Source of the DNA: the human T2T-CHM13v2.0 reference genome, Homo sapiens
Assembly (NCBI RefSeq): GCF_009914755.1
Contig: NC_060933.1
Direction: 5' to 3' (one strand)
DNA length: 64,000 nt
In this document: in pieces, positions 25,751-40,402 of the stretch
Numbering within the stretch: the stretch's first letter is position 1
How the letters are laid out: each line of letters begins with the position of its first letter
The notes under the pieces: model-generated
Seen by the model: the letters and a program-made list of their open reading frames with translations, nothing else
Databases searched by the model: none
Told to the model about the DNA's origin: nothing
Position numbers and translations under genes: made by a program

Positions 25751-28289
25751 AGTTGACTGCACATCAGTCTTTATTAAAGTAGCCTATGAAGTTAGTTGTT
25801 AAAGAAGGCCTGGGAATATGCATTTTTGAAAACACATCAAGTTGTTTTTTAAAATTCTAAAGGTTGAACACCACCTGTTTTATATTTCAAAACAAGCCTC
25901 TGGAGTCAGACTTTATGAGCTTATATCAATGCTCCCTCATCTAATGGATGTCTAAACTAAGGCAAGTAGTAAAACTTTTATCACTGGCAAATTCCTCATC
26001 TCAGAAAAGACAAATAAAAAATATTAGTGTTATCATGGACATTACTGAGTTGTACATGTAAATATTCAATGATGTCATAGTATTCTGAAGTCAGTTGCCA
26101 TCTCTTTCTTGGTTATTACTAGAAGTATGACCCCCAAAGGATATATATGAATATATAGCCCAGTTCATATTTATTATGGCCCAGCTGTTTACCTGAGTCC
26201 TGAATTCTACATGACAGATTTTATGTTTGCAAAACTGTTAAATCAATAAATAATCACATAGCTATAAAGTTAGGATCAATTATCTAATGCATCTTCTGCC
26301 CCCTGACAAGCAAAATGTCAGAACTCTTTCATCATTATTGGACCATCTTTTAGGATTATTCAAAAAAAAAAAAGACTTTTAGGAGAAAAGAAGAATTTGA
26401 AGAATTTAGGGTTCTCCTTCTCTGTCCATTCCCTACTCTCATCAGAACAGGGAAGCAATTTTCTTGACTTTGTCTAGTTCTAGGGTTTCACAAAAGATTT
26501 CTCTAAATACTAGGAGTTTGCTATTTAAAAAATCCTAATTGTTTTTTCAAATTTACCTTAGGAAGGCAAACACACTCTTAGGGAAAGGTCATAGGAATTT
26601 CAGAGAAGATTGTTCAGAGTACCAGGCCCAGGCACAAGCATTTAATTGTCCACACTAATATCTTCCCCAAAAAAGAAAATGTAGTACCTATTTTTTGTTG
26701 TTCAAGCATCACTGGAGTGTCTAAGCTGCTATGTTCTCTGCCTGTAAAGAGGACATTTTTTTGCAATTAATACTGATAATATTTGACAATACAATTTATT
26801 CAGCTACTCAGGATAGTCTCAGGATAGAGGAAGGAAAATTTGACTTTCTGCACTTAAAGTAGAGTAATATAAGTAGAATCAAAAGAGTTCAAGTCATCTA
26901 TCCTCATATCTCAAATCTTAAAGTCAAAATATTTATTACTATTCTGCTGCATCCATCCTGTGGATAGAGTTAGGACGTTCTATCTGCAGAATTCTAGGTT
27001 CCTTCCTATTTCTTAACCTCGGTGCTCTCCAGAATACAACAGCTAGCCCCATTCTAGTTCCCAGGCTGAATGTAACTTCAAACAGGAAATCCTTAAATTG
27101 GCTAATTTTAGTCTGACAAAGATAAGCTGTGGGCTGAAGTTTACAGGTCCTCCTCGAAGAGTCATTACATACATAATACAAATTTTGAATTTGTTGTCCA
27201 AGTGCAATGCCCCAAAGTGCCCTTCCATGATCTCTGAATGTCCTATATGTTTCTTCTTTATTCCCTGCTCTCTAGGACAGCACCCTGACTTATCCTTGAT
27301 ATGGACTCTATCAGGGAATATTTATAAAATAAAGGTGTATTCACTAGAATTCTCCCATTTTATCCTCAGAAGGAAAGAAACGGCAGGGGTATAGCTCTTA
27401 TAGCCATGCAATTTCTGTCACAGACTATAAACTTTGATACACCCGTGAGAGAATGTTGAAAATGAATATCGTGTCACAAGTCTTGTATGGAAAACAGAAC
27501 AAATTTTGGCAACTATTATTGTAAAGAACATGATGGTTTACGAACAACTGGAGAGCCTGCTTAGTGTCCAAGTTGTGTTTAATCCAGAGGAAGAATCAAT
27601 AAGGCCATTAAAAAATCATTAGCCATACATAACCAGTTTTGAGGTAGAATCACAATGTAGGAAATTTAATGTTTAATTACACAAAAGTTTATTAGACAAA
27701 GGGTATTTATAAAAAGCAAGGAATGCTCATAAATATAGATACACTAGATCCATGAATACTTAGCTATAAATAATTTTTTTAAAAATTTTTATGAAAAAGA
27801 AAGAAAATATCTTTTTAAAAAGGAACAGGAAGGTACTGTCACGTTAAACTTGTAATTTTATGTAGTCAACATAACAGTGAATAATAATTTTTTGTTGTCT
27901 CAGTGGTTACTGAAGTTGTTAGAATAATAAAACTACTATAATCATCAATATCTATATAGATCATAAAAACAGCACCTTGGATTTTCATTTCTTTTACTTT
28001 CTGACTCCTAACAACTATTTGTGTTACTTTATCTCAGGTAACCAGCTCCACAGTCAGTACAGATAACTGCACCAGCTGCAGTGCAAAATCTTTTGACTCT
28101 ATTTGTACCTCCTATTCATGGTTACTTGCAATACACCTTCACTTTCCTTCTTCTTCAGCTTAGTGTTCATAGTCAAACACAATTGTTGCTTTAATTACAC
28201 AATCACCCAACTTGCCTCTCTCTTTATCATCAACTGATGTACTTTCCAATCTACTCACCTATTATTTTATAAGATTTAAAGGTATTTTG

Positions 28290-28697
28290 ATGGTGGGACA
28301 CAATACAGTCACACTCAGACGTATTAAAGGTAGAATTTTTTGTTACCTTCAGCTCCAAGCCAGAGAAATATGTCAGGCAGAGTTGTGCAGTGTTGCACCT
28401 CAGTGCAGGGAAACAGCAAGCTGAAACTGTAATGAGCCACTTATGTATGGCAAGTGGGGTAGGACTGGCTAGGTTTTGCAGGTTCTTCATGGGTTGGTTA
28501 ATTTGAATAATCTTAGTGAACTCTGGAACATAGGGGTTGTCCTTAGTTGTCCAGTACCTTGTCCTGGGGTGACCAGGGCAGGTATATAGTGGCCTGGAGT
28601 GAAAGACGGATAAGAAAAGTAGTTGTGGGTCATGGATTTAGCAGCTCACTAAGAAAATTGGCAGGCCTCTAGCTAGGACCTCAAAACTGGATCAACA
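28290..28697. mobile_element. ERVL-class LTR (MER76-like)
   Basis: ttgaataatcttagtgaactctggaacataggggttgtccttagttgtccagtacc...cctcaaaactggatcaa. Confidence 0.6.
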
Positions 28698-30030
28698 TAT
28701 CTCTCACCATATAAAAAAGTCAACTTAAAATTGATTAAATGTAATTTCTTAAATATAAGACCCAAAACTATAAAACTATAAAACACAGGGAAAACCCTTC
28801 AGGGCATTGCTCTAGGCAAAGATTTTCTGAGTAAGACTTCAAAAACACAGGCAACAAAAACAAAATAAACAGGTGGTACTATATCAAACTAATAAGCTCA
28901 TGTGCAGGAAAAAAAAATCAACAATCAACACAGTGACCAGACAACTTTTAGAATACGAGAAAATCTTTGCAAACTAGTCATTTGACAAAAGATTAATATC
29001 CAGAATACAAAATAACTTAAACAACTCAACAGCAAGACTACAATCTGGTTAAAAATTGGGCAAAGGCTATAAATAGACATTTCTTAAAAGAAGAATTAAA
29101 GATGGCCAGCAGATACATTTTTAAATGTTCAGCATCACTAGCTACCAGGGAAATGCAAATCAAAACCACTATAAGATATCATCTCACTGCAGTTAGAATG
29201 GTTATTAGCAAAAAGATGAAAAATAACAAATGCTAGCGAAGACGTGGAGAAAAGGTAACTCATATAATTTTGGTGGAAGTGTAAATTTGTATGGCCATTA
29301 TGGAAGACAATATGTAGGTTTCTCAAAAAGCCAAAAATAGAACTACCATGTCACCCATCAATTCTACTACTGAGCATTTATCCAAAGGAAGGTAATCAGT
29401 ATTTTGAGGAAATATTTGTACTCCCATGTTTATTGCAACACTATTCACAACAGCCAAGACAAAATCAACCTGTGCCTATCAATGAATAAATAAAGATGAT
29501 ATGTGAGTACACACATACACACAATAGAATACTATTCAGCCACACACAAAAAACAGAATAATATCTTGTTATTCACAGCAACATGGATAAGCCTGTAGGA
29601 CATTATATTAAGTAAAATAGGTTAGGTTCAGGAAGATAAATAATGCATGTTCTCACTCATATGTGAGAGCTAAAATAGTTGATCTCATGGAAGTAGAGAG
29701 CCAGATTGTTATTAGAGGCTAAGAAGGGAATGGGGGAAGGCAAGATAGGAAGAGATTGATTAACAGATACAAAATTATAGCTAGAATGAAGGAAAAAGTT
29801 CTACTGTTTTGTAGGGATATAGAGTGAATATAGTTAACAAAATATATTGTATATTTTCAAAAACCTAGAAGAGAGTATTTTGGATGTTCCCAGCACGAAG
29901 AAAAATGTATGAGGCAACAGATATGCTAATTACCCTGATTTCATCGTTACACATTATATACATGTATCAAAATATCACTCTTTATTCCGTAAATATGTAT
30001 AATTATGTATCAACTAAAAATAAAACATTA
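28698..30030 (+). mobile_element. L1MA (MA3-MA5-like) 3' portion
   Basis: ctctcaccatataaaaaagtcaact...gatatgctaattaccctgatt...caactaaaaataaaa. Confidence 0.9.
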
Positions 30031-30199
30031 GAAAATTTAAAACTGAGTCAAAAAAGCACACAAACTATAATTACATTGAGAGAAATATAACTTTCCACCA
30101 ACTTCATGCTTTTACCCAAGCAACTGAGTACATCTGAAGACAAATCTACAACTCTTCTTCCTCTCCTACATTATCAATAAAGGCAGCATCCTACGTAAG

Positions 30200-30720
30200 C
30201 CTCATGTCCTTTTCCAGTTACTACCCCAGTTCTCTGATATTCTTGAGGATAAAACTCCTCAGAGTTTTTTTCATGGTCTTCACTTCCATTCCTTTCTTTA
30301 ACACATTCCTGTAATAATTTAACCTCTATTATTCCTCTGAAACTGTCTTACTTTGGTCACCAATGAACCCCAGATCACTAAACACAATGATTTTCTTACC
30401 TTACTCTACCTGTGAGCTGCATGTGAGATCACTTCCTTCCTCTCTAAAGACGTTCTTCACTGGGCTTCTAGAACATTCCACCCTTGGTTTGCTCTCTACT
30501 GCTATTTATCTTCCTCCTCTTCTACCTCTAAATATGGCAGTGGAGCTGGGTTCAGCCTTTGGCCTCCCCATTCTTCTTAGTTTCATTCACCTCTTAAGTG
30601 ATCTCATCTTATTATTTTAAGTGATATCTATATGTTCTTGACTATAATTCTATAATTTTTTCTCTTATTACTCCTTTGATCTTCAAACATAAAGCTAACT
30701 CCTTATTTTCAACTCCATTT
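30200..30720 (+). mobile_element. L2 fragment
   Basis: ctgaaactgtcttactttggtcaccaatga; cacttccttcctctctaaagac...tcactgggctt. Confidence 0.6.
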
Positions 30721-30726
30721 CCGATT

Positions 30727-31260
30727 GGGGCAGAAATTTTTTGTTGCCTACTCCAAAGCCACATTCTTTTCTTCCTTGTGTCACAGTTTTGTTCTGGTAC
30801 AGACAAACATTCACTAATAGCATGAAAGTTGAGTCAACTCTTTTATGTTGATGCATGGAAATTGTTTCTGCCATTGAGAAACTAAAGGGAATCTACCTGA
30901 GGAATCTCTAGAAAAGGTTTGTAAAATAAAAATAAATCAAAAGAAAACCTCCACTTCAATTTCCTCTTTCTGAAAAAGGGTGTCTCATACTTGTACTACA
31001 GCAGCCATCTTGTACAGGGAGGAGAAGGCCAAGAGAATCATACAACATATTTACCCAAAACGCTGACACTGTGGGGCCACCTCTCAACCACAGCAACATC
31101 TCCTCTTAACGATGGACCTCCTAAAACTGACTACGCTGATTTTTGTGTGTGAGTGTGAGACAGAAAAAAAAAAAACAAAAAAAAACAGAACCCTCCCTAT
31201 TTGATTAAATCTTCCTCAGATATTCTGTTATTTTGGATAAAGCATGGACTAACTGATATC
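30727..31260. mobile_element. Old class III LTR (LTR33-like)
   Basis: gcagccatcttg, gaaggccaagagaatca, ctaactgata end. Confidence 0.45.
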
Positions 31261-31329
31261 AATCTACACACATTGGCACACTTGAACTTAACATTTCCTA
31301 AGTAAGATTCTGTTTTCCTACTCCCTACC

Positions 31330-31800
31330 AAACAGGTTTGGGTTCCCACAGAAGATCCTGAAATGAGAATTTGAATCCAAGTATTTTACTTGGAAGATGA
31401 TCCCAAGAAAAATTGTTCAGGGATAGGAAAGTTAGACAGGCAATGGAAGGCAACAAATACGGAGTGTGTAATCAAGCTGATTACCACGGAGGGCAACTGA
31501 AGCAAAACTTTATGGGGAAACTCTGGTACATGGTGTTAAAAACATTCCTTGGAGTTATTCCAGCCCCAGGATGAAAAGACTGGTGTTTGTATATCAGCTC
31601 CTGTAGGCCATTGCTTGAGTGCTGCTGCCTGGAGTGTTAATTTCTTGGCACATCAAGTCTGCCCTGTATGTAGGCAGAGCAACATTTGTTGGCTTCTGAG
31701 AAAACCCTTAGGCAAAAAAAGAAGCAAATCCTTACTGTTAGAATTTTGCATCTAAAATCCAAAAGATATAGACAAAGAACCAACTGTTTCTGCTTTGCTA
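31330..31800 (-). mobile_element. ERVL-class LTR (LTR16/LTR33 group)
   Basis: gagaatttgaatccaagtattttacttggaagatgatccca...gggcaactgaagc. Confidence 0.6.
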
Positions 31801-31999
31801 AACCTCCATGCCCTGATCGTTTCTATTGACACTCTACATTAAGATCACCCTGTGATATTATTGCCTTCTTCAAAGAACTAACCAGTCAAGTTTTCCTTGA
31901 GAAACAGAGTATAAGAGAGTTAGAACAAGCTACATTAGTTGATGTTTTAGTTAATTCCCAAGGCTGCAAGTTAATCTTCTGAACCTTGGGTTTCATGTG

Positions 32000-32950
32000 C
32001 TTTTCAGGCTAAGCATGATGCCTTTTCTCATGTATAGTTGTCATAGAACTTGGAAACACCAAAGGAGGCCCAGGGAATTGTCCTAGTTCTATGTCTCCTC
32101 TGGTTCATTATGGAAAAGCAGCCTTATCTTCTCCTAATAGTCAATTACCCCTGGAAGTGTAGCCACCCCTTTCTTTGATTGCTGGTCTCCTGGCATGAGG
32201 ATGCCAAACAACTAGATAGTAGTATGAGATGGGAATACAAATTTCTCCAAGAGAAAAACTGGAAGACATGGTAAGTAAAGTCATTCCTACTTCGTTCTTG
32301 GATACATGTAATTTACCTATTGAAAGCATAACAATGCATAATGGTGATCACTATAAAATATACCCTCCAGTTTTAAAACTAGTCACCCAAACTTTCAGAG
32401 AATTATTCCCAAATGAGCATCGTGGCTGTGTCTTTAAGAGGCCATTCAATGTTCCACTAGATTGGCAAATTCTGGTTGATTCAGTATGTGGTAGTATTTG
32501 TCTCTAGGCAGTGACTCCCATCTTCATATCTTCATTATCACACATCTTTCATTATAAAAGCTCCCCTGGTCCAGTATAATATCTGTAATATCCCATGCTG
32601 ATAATCTAGATATTCCCTGATTCTTCCATGCTGTTGCTTGCCAAAATGCTGTCAGCAGGGAAGGCAAACTCATAAAAAATTATGTATCTATTCCAGTGAG
32701 GATGAATAGTCTCTCCTCCAACTTACCAAAAACTGATTCACTGGTCTTCAATTGATGGTGCCAAAAGTAGGACTTGGCATCAGTCCTTGCTGTTGATAGC
32801 CCATGCAAGGAACTGATACACGGCCCCTACTGATACATGTAGGGGCCATCCCTCCATCCCAGACACCATGATTATTCCATTCATTTTTTCACCAAGGTTG
32901 CCAAAGGTGGAGACTGGCTTGTTTTCTCCACCACGCATGTCTTCTGATAT
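32000..32950 (-). mobile_element. Degraded ERV-L-class internal pol (integrase) remnant
   Basis: Reverse complement near 32655-32706 reads F-I-L-T-G-I-D-T-stop...Y-E-F-A-F-P-A (cf. ERV-L integrase FVLTGIDTYSGYGFAFP); near 32757-32800 YQQQGLMPSPTFG (cf. CQQQRPTLSPRYG). Confidence 0.75.
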
Positions 32951-33309
32951 GTTTCCAAATACTAGACCTATATTTTATATAAGAGCCTACCTGATCACCA
33001 GTAATGCCTGTGTTAGACTTTGCTCTTAGCTGAGTTTTACATATTTCTAAATAAATTCACATTTCCCTTTACTAAAATACAGCTTAAGAAAACCCAGCAA
33101 TTTTGTATTCTGTATTAGTTTCTGTTCTAGTCTTTCCTACATTCATCATTTAGAAAATATTTCTAACAAATATTTAGGTTGAATACCTAGTCATGCATTA
33201 TAATAAATAACTATTTAATCTTTTCTTTTTTTGTTTTCACGAGCATGGATCATCCATCGTATGAAGTGCTGAGTTGGATGATCAAACAGATCAGCTTATA
33301 TTTTCCTTG

Positions 33310-33445
33310 TCTCATTCTAATATTATTCCTACACAGACATTCACCAATGAGGAAGCAGAGTTTTAGAAATGGTAAAAACAAAATTGGCAATGGTCCTGCA
33401 GCCAGTATGTGACAAAGGTGGTGTTTGAACTCAGTATTTCTGATT
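33310..33445 (-). mobile_element. MIR
   Basis: caatgaggaagcagagttttagaaatggtaaa...tttgaactcag. Confidence 0.65.
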
Positions 33446-34766
33446 AATAAAACATTCATTACAGGGTGAGGCATACTCAGTTATTCAGTAAATATTAGAT
33501 CATTTTATTTCTGCCATCCTCTGCTCCTCTATACAGTCACTCCAAATTAAAGAAATATGTTAAAAGCATGTGTAATGTCTCATGATTCATAAAGCATTTT
33601 TATGTATTAAATAAGAAAAGACTTATATGCAAATGTAAGTAGACAAATATAATTAAGTATAAACAAATAGTGTGGACAAAACACTGTGAGGTAGATATTG
33701 CTTCTATTTATATTGATGGACCTGCTTAAAACCTTGTCCATGCATGTCCATACTGGAAAACCCAGAGGGGAGGTGCTCAGGAATCGGACAGCTCATTTTC
33801 CTGGAACCCTTGAGCACCCACTCTTAGATTACTTGGTAAAGAAGATGACACTAATGAGAAACCACAAGTTTCCTGGCACAGAGTTACAGAAGCCTCATGA
33901 ATATTATGTTACAAAATACTTAACTGGATGACAAAGGTAAAGTAGTGCCTCTTTGTACTGAGGAAGCACAATGATCAAGGTTCACTTGCCTATACATGAC
34001 ACCTTCTGTGATACCCGTTCTTCTCTCTGCTACCCCTGAGTGATCCCAGCACAATCTCTGCCTCCCACTCTGCTCTCTCTTCCTCATGTGCTAAACACCA
34101 GGGCTGCTGTCCAGAAATGACCTGTCTTGTTCTCCAAGATAATCCTTGCTTGTCAATGACATGGCCTATTTCACTCTAATAAGAGCAATCTATGCACATC
34201 TTTCTGTACACTGCACATGAAGGCACCTATTTTTCTTCTCCATTAAATCTTCTGAATGAGGTGCCTCTCTCTGCATTTCAGTCATTATCATTTCTATAAG
34301 TGGGCCTGGTTTTCCTCCTCAGAATAAAACTGTAAAGTTTCCATTGTCATACGATGTCTTTGGCCCTGTATTATCTGTCAATCAATCTGCTTCTCCAGGA
34401 TATGAATTATTTTTGAAGGATGGAAAGAGAAGCCTATTAAATGTGATAGTAACACTTAAATTTTCTCAGCCCATTCCAGTTGAAGTGATATGAAATCAGG
34501 TCCTTTTACTAGCCCCTTCTCTTCTTTTGAAAATAATAAGATTTGCACGAGATTTAATAAGAAAATCAGCATATGTGAATGGGTTGTATATTTGAAAAAT
34601 AGAAATTCCAGGGCAGACCTGTGTTACATTGGAATAAATGCAATGAAACAGGAAGGAGGCTCGTTTTACTTCTGGTACTAACAGGATGTTGTTCAAATGC
34701 CAATTAGGAGAGCAAAAAATAAGAAACTTTAATGGTGCTTCTGGGAGACCTTGACACAAGAAATAG

Positions 34767-35313
34767 TGTAAGAATTTTAAGCTGTCTTGTAAAGCTTAAC
34801 ATATCATGTGCTGCCTTGACATCTTGGAGCTTCCCAGGGCCCCAAGGGCACAACCATGAGTTCCCTCACCCTGGCCAGAAATACTTCCCACCCAGTGGGA
34901 AAGGGTCTTTTCCTGGCTCGTTCTCCATCAGCTAGACAACTGCATGTGATTCACTGGGTCCTCAGTCTAATAGTGTTCACTTCCCTGGAAGCTCACAGAA
35001 TTATTAAAATAAGCCAATCATATCCGGCCGCAAAAACCTGGTAGCACTTCACCCCCTTGTTACTGCGAGGCCTGCCTCCTACAGCCCTATTTGTTTACTC
35101 CTCTCTCCAGTGCAACCTCCATGAGGCCCTGTAATGCGGCAATTACACATCCATGGCCTGTGATGTCCTCCTGTGGGATGTCAGTATATGTGACTAATAA
35201 ATTGCTGTGAACTCATCTGTCCATTGTTGGATGTCATGTTTCTGGCCACCTTGGATTATTCAAGATGTGTATCCCTCCCCCACCAGGAATGTGAACAACA
35301 GGCAATCAAAACA
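34767..35313 (+). mobile_element. ERVL-class solo LTR (MER77/MER68-like)
   Basis: tgctgccttgacatc, aagccaatca (CCAAT), gtatatgtgactaataaattgctgt; TG...CA termini. Confidence 0.7.
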
Positions 35314-36046
35314 CAGCTCATACCTGGAAAGTCAGAATAATAAGATTTTTTCTTTATAAAAAACTTATTAGGTAACTTTTCAACTGATCACTGTTGCTAA
35401 TAAGTGGCCAGGTAAAAGATGTATATGAACATTAAAGAATTATGTACAACTATGATTGTAACCACAGCATTTTGCAAAGACACATTAAACAGATTAGAAT
35501 GGTTAAGTGGTATGTTAAGTGAATGAGAGGTGAATACAGGGATAAAAGGGAATTTAAAAAACAAACAAAAAGGGAATCTTGGGTAGAACATATGTAATAA
35601 CATGTCATGAATTGAGGCCAGGAAAAACAAACCCTATTTGAAAACTCCCTGCCCAATTTAAGGCAGTAATACATGCACATGGTGAATGTGTGTGCAATGG
35701 CTGATTGTTTTCTACATTGGAAACCTATTTATTTTTATATACCAATTTTGTTACCAGCAACATTATTGACCTATTTTATGTTTTCTAATAGCTCAAGGTC
35801 CTTTTCTAGGCTAGGGACTGACAAGAATGTATCCTAATCATCTGCAAATAATGATTTTAATTTTGTTGCCTTCTTTGTCAGTGTGTTCCTTATATTTCTT
35901 TCTCATATAATAGAGGTGGCTAGGACCTCTAGAACAATGTTAAATAACAATAGTGCCTCTCTGTTTCTGACTTTTATGAGAATGGCTCTAGTGCTTCATG
36001 ATTAAAAAGGATTCACTTCCCTGAATATTTATAGTAAACATTCAGC

Positions 36047-36091
36047 ATTATACCTAATTTGAAACAATATTATACCTAAATTTGAAACAAT
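36047..36091 (+). repeat. 22/23-bp tandem duplication
   Basis: attatacctaa(a)tttgaaacaat x2. Confidence 0.9.
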
Positions 36092-37915
36092 AAAAATATG
36101 CTTACCTTCATATTAAATGATAATTTCATTAATATATGTTATCTCTTTTATAAACTAGAAGTGGGAGTTTGATTTATCATATGTAATTTTGTATCTCTGA
36201 AATTAGTTCTATATCTTTTCTGCTTTGGCCTCTTCTTGGAGTGATGTATCGGATTTTCTTTTATTTATATTATTGTTAGAATAAGCATAGTACATTTTAT
36301 AATATAAAATGCATGCAGTCTGATTCCTGTTCTCAAGTTAATTTGTTGAAGAGTATTACTATATGAACATGCAAGTCTAATTAGAGATAAATAGGCAAGA
36401 AACTTTGGGTGGCATTGGATGTAGTTTGGAACAAACTCTTTTCATTTTGCCTCCCAAAAAGTGATCCCTTTGGGAAACCAGCTCAGACTTCAACTACATC
36501 TCCCTCAGAGTGCATATCACTATTAAAGCATGTTTACTTGTGGTACAGTTTTACTTCTGTGCAAACAGCATTAGTTTCTGTTTTCCCAAGAGGATCTGTT
36601 TTCATACCTACATTTGGTCCTAATTATGAACTGCATGATATATTCAACTGTGTTTACATTGCAAATTTTCTGCCATGTTCTATGACTTGTTCAGAATTTT
36701 GATGTTTTAGAGCAATTACTTTGATATAAAACCTGTAAGCTCTGTGAAGGCAGAAACTTCATTCATTGCCTCTCCGCAGCCTTCTTAGAATAGTTCTCAG
36801 TGTACAGAAAATGCTCCATAAATATTTGATATTTTTGTTTAAATTTGTCTTGAAAAATTTGCTTTTATTGCAAAGGTTATATGGTTATGTCTTTAGAAAA
36901 TATTAGTTTGGTGGGAAACACTGCCTTCTGAATGCTGTAAAGAATACTGGTAAGAATCCTACCTCTTATGTATTTTGGATATAAGGACATTAAAAGTCCT
37001 TCCATGGCTTAATTAAGATTTTATTCCTCTTTAAAGTGAACAAAGCATTTTAATATATTATATCAATGTATTCTCACCCAAACTCTTTGATGTATTGTTA
37101 ATACCCTATTTTAAAGATAAAACAAATGAGAATCTCAGAGATCAGGTAATTTACACAAAAGTGCTGATTTGGTAATCCCTGAAAAACACACACAGAATTT
37201 TAAGTCCCAGATATCTGAATGTTCCAGTAAATGCATATTTTTTAAAAATATCCATTCCCCTTTTATATTCATATCCAAACATATTGATAAGCAAGTCCAT
37301 TTAAAATAAACACTAATGTCAATCTCAAAGCCAAAAGGATAGACGAGATTATAAAGTAAGTTTTTGGCTTGAAGCAACTACACAGAGGATAGTAGAAGTA
37401 TATTATTTGAAGACAATAAGTATATTTTGAGATGTTTTCAAATGAGAAAAGAAATATTGTTGAACAATTCCAGTGAAGAAAATCATCCAAAAAAATTAAT
37501 CAATGTATTTATAAAAAGTCCTCAGAGGACACATTTTTCTCTTTGCTTTCCTTACATTTGTATAATTAAATATTCAAAATTGTTTGATTAATGAGAGAAT
37601 AAATAATTGTAATAATTGACTATACTTCCAGTTTTATGTAAAACATGTTGAAAGTCATGGTAAAATTTCAAAATGTATATTCAGTCTTCAGGTGTTTTAT
37701 TTTATTAAAAATTGCCACTTAGCTGCAATTCACTTAAATGTTGTTCCCAAAATGTATCACTTAGAGGTCAGCTTTTACTTATTTATGTATTCTTAAGGAA
37801 GGGTGGATGCACAATTCTTATCATACAGAATTTGATGTTTAGCTCTTGAGTTTGTGACATTTTTTTCTGGACTTTCTGCTCTTAGGGTTCCCATCTAAGA
37901 AATTAGACGGTATCT

Positions 37916-38399
37916 GTGATGGCTACTTTTATGTATCAACTTGACTGGGCTATGAGATGCTCATATATCTGATGAAACATTAATTCTGAGTATGTTTGTG
38001 AGGATGTTTCTGGAAAAGATTAGCATTTGAATTGGTGGACTGAGTAAAGCAGATGGCCCGCCCCAATGTGGGTGAGCATCCTCCAATCCACTGAGGGCAT
38101 AAATAGAACAAAAAGGTACAGGATTTGTCCTCCCTTAGCCTGACTGCGTGAGCTGGAACACCTATCTCTTGCCCTCTGTGCCCCTGGTACTCAGGCCAGA
38201 CTATACCACCTACTTTCCTACTCTCCACTGTGCTACTGGCAGATTATAGGACTTCTTAGCTCCATAATTACCTGACCCAATGGGCCCATCAATACCTTAT
38301 AGTAAATAGTAACTCTCTGTCTCTCTCTCTCTTTCTTTCTGTCTCCCTCTCTATGTGTATATATATATATGGTTCTGTTAGGAGAAATAGACTAACACA
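37916..38399 (+). mobile_element. MLT2C/D (ERV-L) solo LTR
   Basis: tgtgatggctacttttatgtatcaacttgactgggc...gattagcatttgaattggtggactgagtaaagcagat...gactaacaca. Confidence 0.9.
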
Positions 38400-39296
38400 A
38401 CCTTCTTATGACAGTAACTGTTAATGTGACCTTTCTTAAGCTTTATACACCTCATAAAGAGGTGTCAGTAAAAATCCAGACTGTGTCCAGTCAACTGGAG
38501 ATCAACAAACTTCACTTTAGATGTGGTAATTAAATACAGGTACAGACATACCAAATAAAGGGAAATTAGTGTCATTCTATTTAGAATTATATGATCTCAG
38601 AATCGAAAGGAAATGTTCATTTAGTTTACTCCAACCACTCACAGAATGTGTAATGGTATACTACAACATTCCATTGAATGATTTGGCTTATAATTATTTT
38701 TATCTATTAATATGTGCTTATTTCACTGCATTTGATCTTCTAAATTAAGTAATTATTCCTTATTTTAACAAGCCAAACAATTCAGAAGTATAAAGTTAAT
38801 AATCTGCATTGAGTTCACACCTTCTTACAATATTAATCCCTGAGAGTAACTATTATTAACAATTTGATCTATATATTTTCACATCTTTATGCTCTTAAAA
38901 ACATTTACAGACATTTAAAATTACTTTCAAGAAGAAGTAATTCAATCCTTGGGTACGAAACCATAGAAACTGAGATGTATTTTAATTAATACACTAATTA
39001 TTTTTATTAAATAAAGTTTTATTTAAAAGAAATGTACTTTTTGAGTTTATTTAGGTAATATCCTAGTCAATATAAAGGACATCTAATTTGACTCATACAA
39101 GATTGTAATTATCACAATTTTACAAAGCAGAGTTTGCTTTAAAATATATTAAGTAAAAATTATAATAAAAAGATTTACCACAGAATCACATGGTTTTATA
39201 CTACTATACAACTGATTTAGGATCAAGAAAAATATTTAATATTGTTTTGCATTAAGGCAGGAAAAAATATAAGACAGAATTGCAATAATAATTAAC

Positions 39297-39848
39297 TGTG
39301 ATCATTACTTTCAGGTGTGAGCTTGAGTGGATTAATGAATACCAACATAGCTGGTAAAGCATTATTTCTGGATGTGTCTGTGAGACTGTTTCCCAAGGGG
39401 ATTGAGAGGAGCTTGTCATGTGAGACTGAAGATCTGCCCCCAGTTTGGGGAGCACCATCCAATAGCTGGTAGCCAGACAGAACACAAATGGCAGAGGAAG
39501 AGGAAAGGTGTATGTGCTCGATCTTTCTTTCTTTTTCTCTCTCTCTCTCCCGACACACACACACAGTCCCCCATTACCTTGATGCCATATCACCACCACA
39601 TGGTTCTCAGGCCTTTGGCCGTGGATTCAGAGTTATACCATCCATGGTTCCAAGGTTTTCTGACTTGTAATGAGCCCCAGGCTACCAGCTTCCCTGGGTT
39701 TCCAGCCCTCTGATAACCTGTCATGGGACCTCTCAGCCTCCATAATCCGCAAGCCAATTCCCCTAATATATCCCCTTTTATCTCTCTCTCTCTGTCTCTC
39801 CCCCACCACCCCCCCATTGTTTCCATCTCTCTGGAGAACCCTAACACA
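39297..39848 (+). mobile_element. MLT2B (ERV-L) solo LTR
   Basis: gctggtaaagcattatttctggatgtgtctgtga...gaagatctgccc...ctctggagaaccctaacaca. Confidence 0.88.
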
Positions 39849-40100
39849 ATCACTTTATTAAATTTATGATTTCAATGAAAATCCAAGAAAGTCTAAATTT
39901 ACATAAAATAACAAAAGTTCAGAGATATTATAAAATAACATGAGAAAGTCATCTTTCTGTATATCCGCAAAATTTGATTTGAATTTACAATTAAAATAGA
40001 CTGAAATCAATATAATTAACAACAGCAAAGAAAACTAGGTCCTTAGCAGTAAGTTAAATTAAATATATGCAAACTTACATGTAAAATATTTTACTAAAAT

Positions 40101-40402
40101 ATTTTTTAAATGTATTTTGTATAGACAGTGTCTCATTCTGTCTCCCAGGCTAGAGTGCCATGATGTGATCATAGCTAACTATGATCTGAAACTCCTGGAC
40201 TCAAAGGATCCTCCCACCTCTGCCTCCTCAGCATCTAGGACTAAAGAGATATGCCACCAAGCCCTGATAATTCTTAAATTTTTTGTAGAGATTGGGTCTT
40301 GCTATGTTGTCCAGGCTGGCCTCTGACTTCTGGCCTCAAGCAATTATCTCACCTCAGCCTTCCAATCTGCTGGAATTGCAGGCATCAGCCACCACACTCA
40401 GC
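40101..40402 (-). mobile_element. AluJ (Jo/Jr-like), diverged
   Basis: gtgatcatagctaact, gtcttgctatgttgtccaggctgg; degenerate TSD actaaaatatttt / actgaaagatttt. Confidence 0.9.

Noticed and set aside
37916-39848. Two nearby same-strand MLT2 LTRs as a deleted provirus
   Set aside because: Different subfamilies and no ERV-L internal sequence between them
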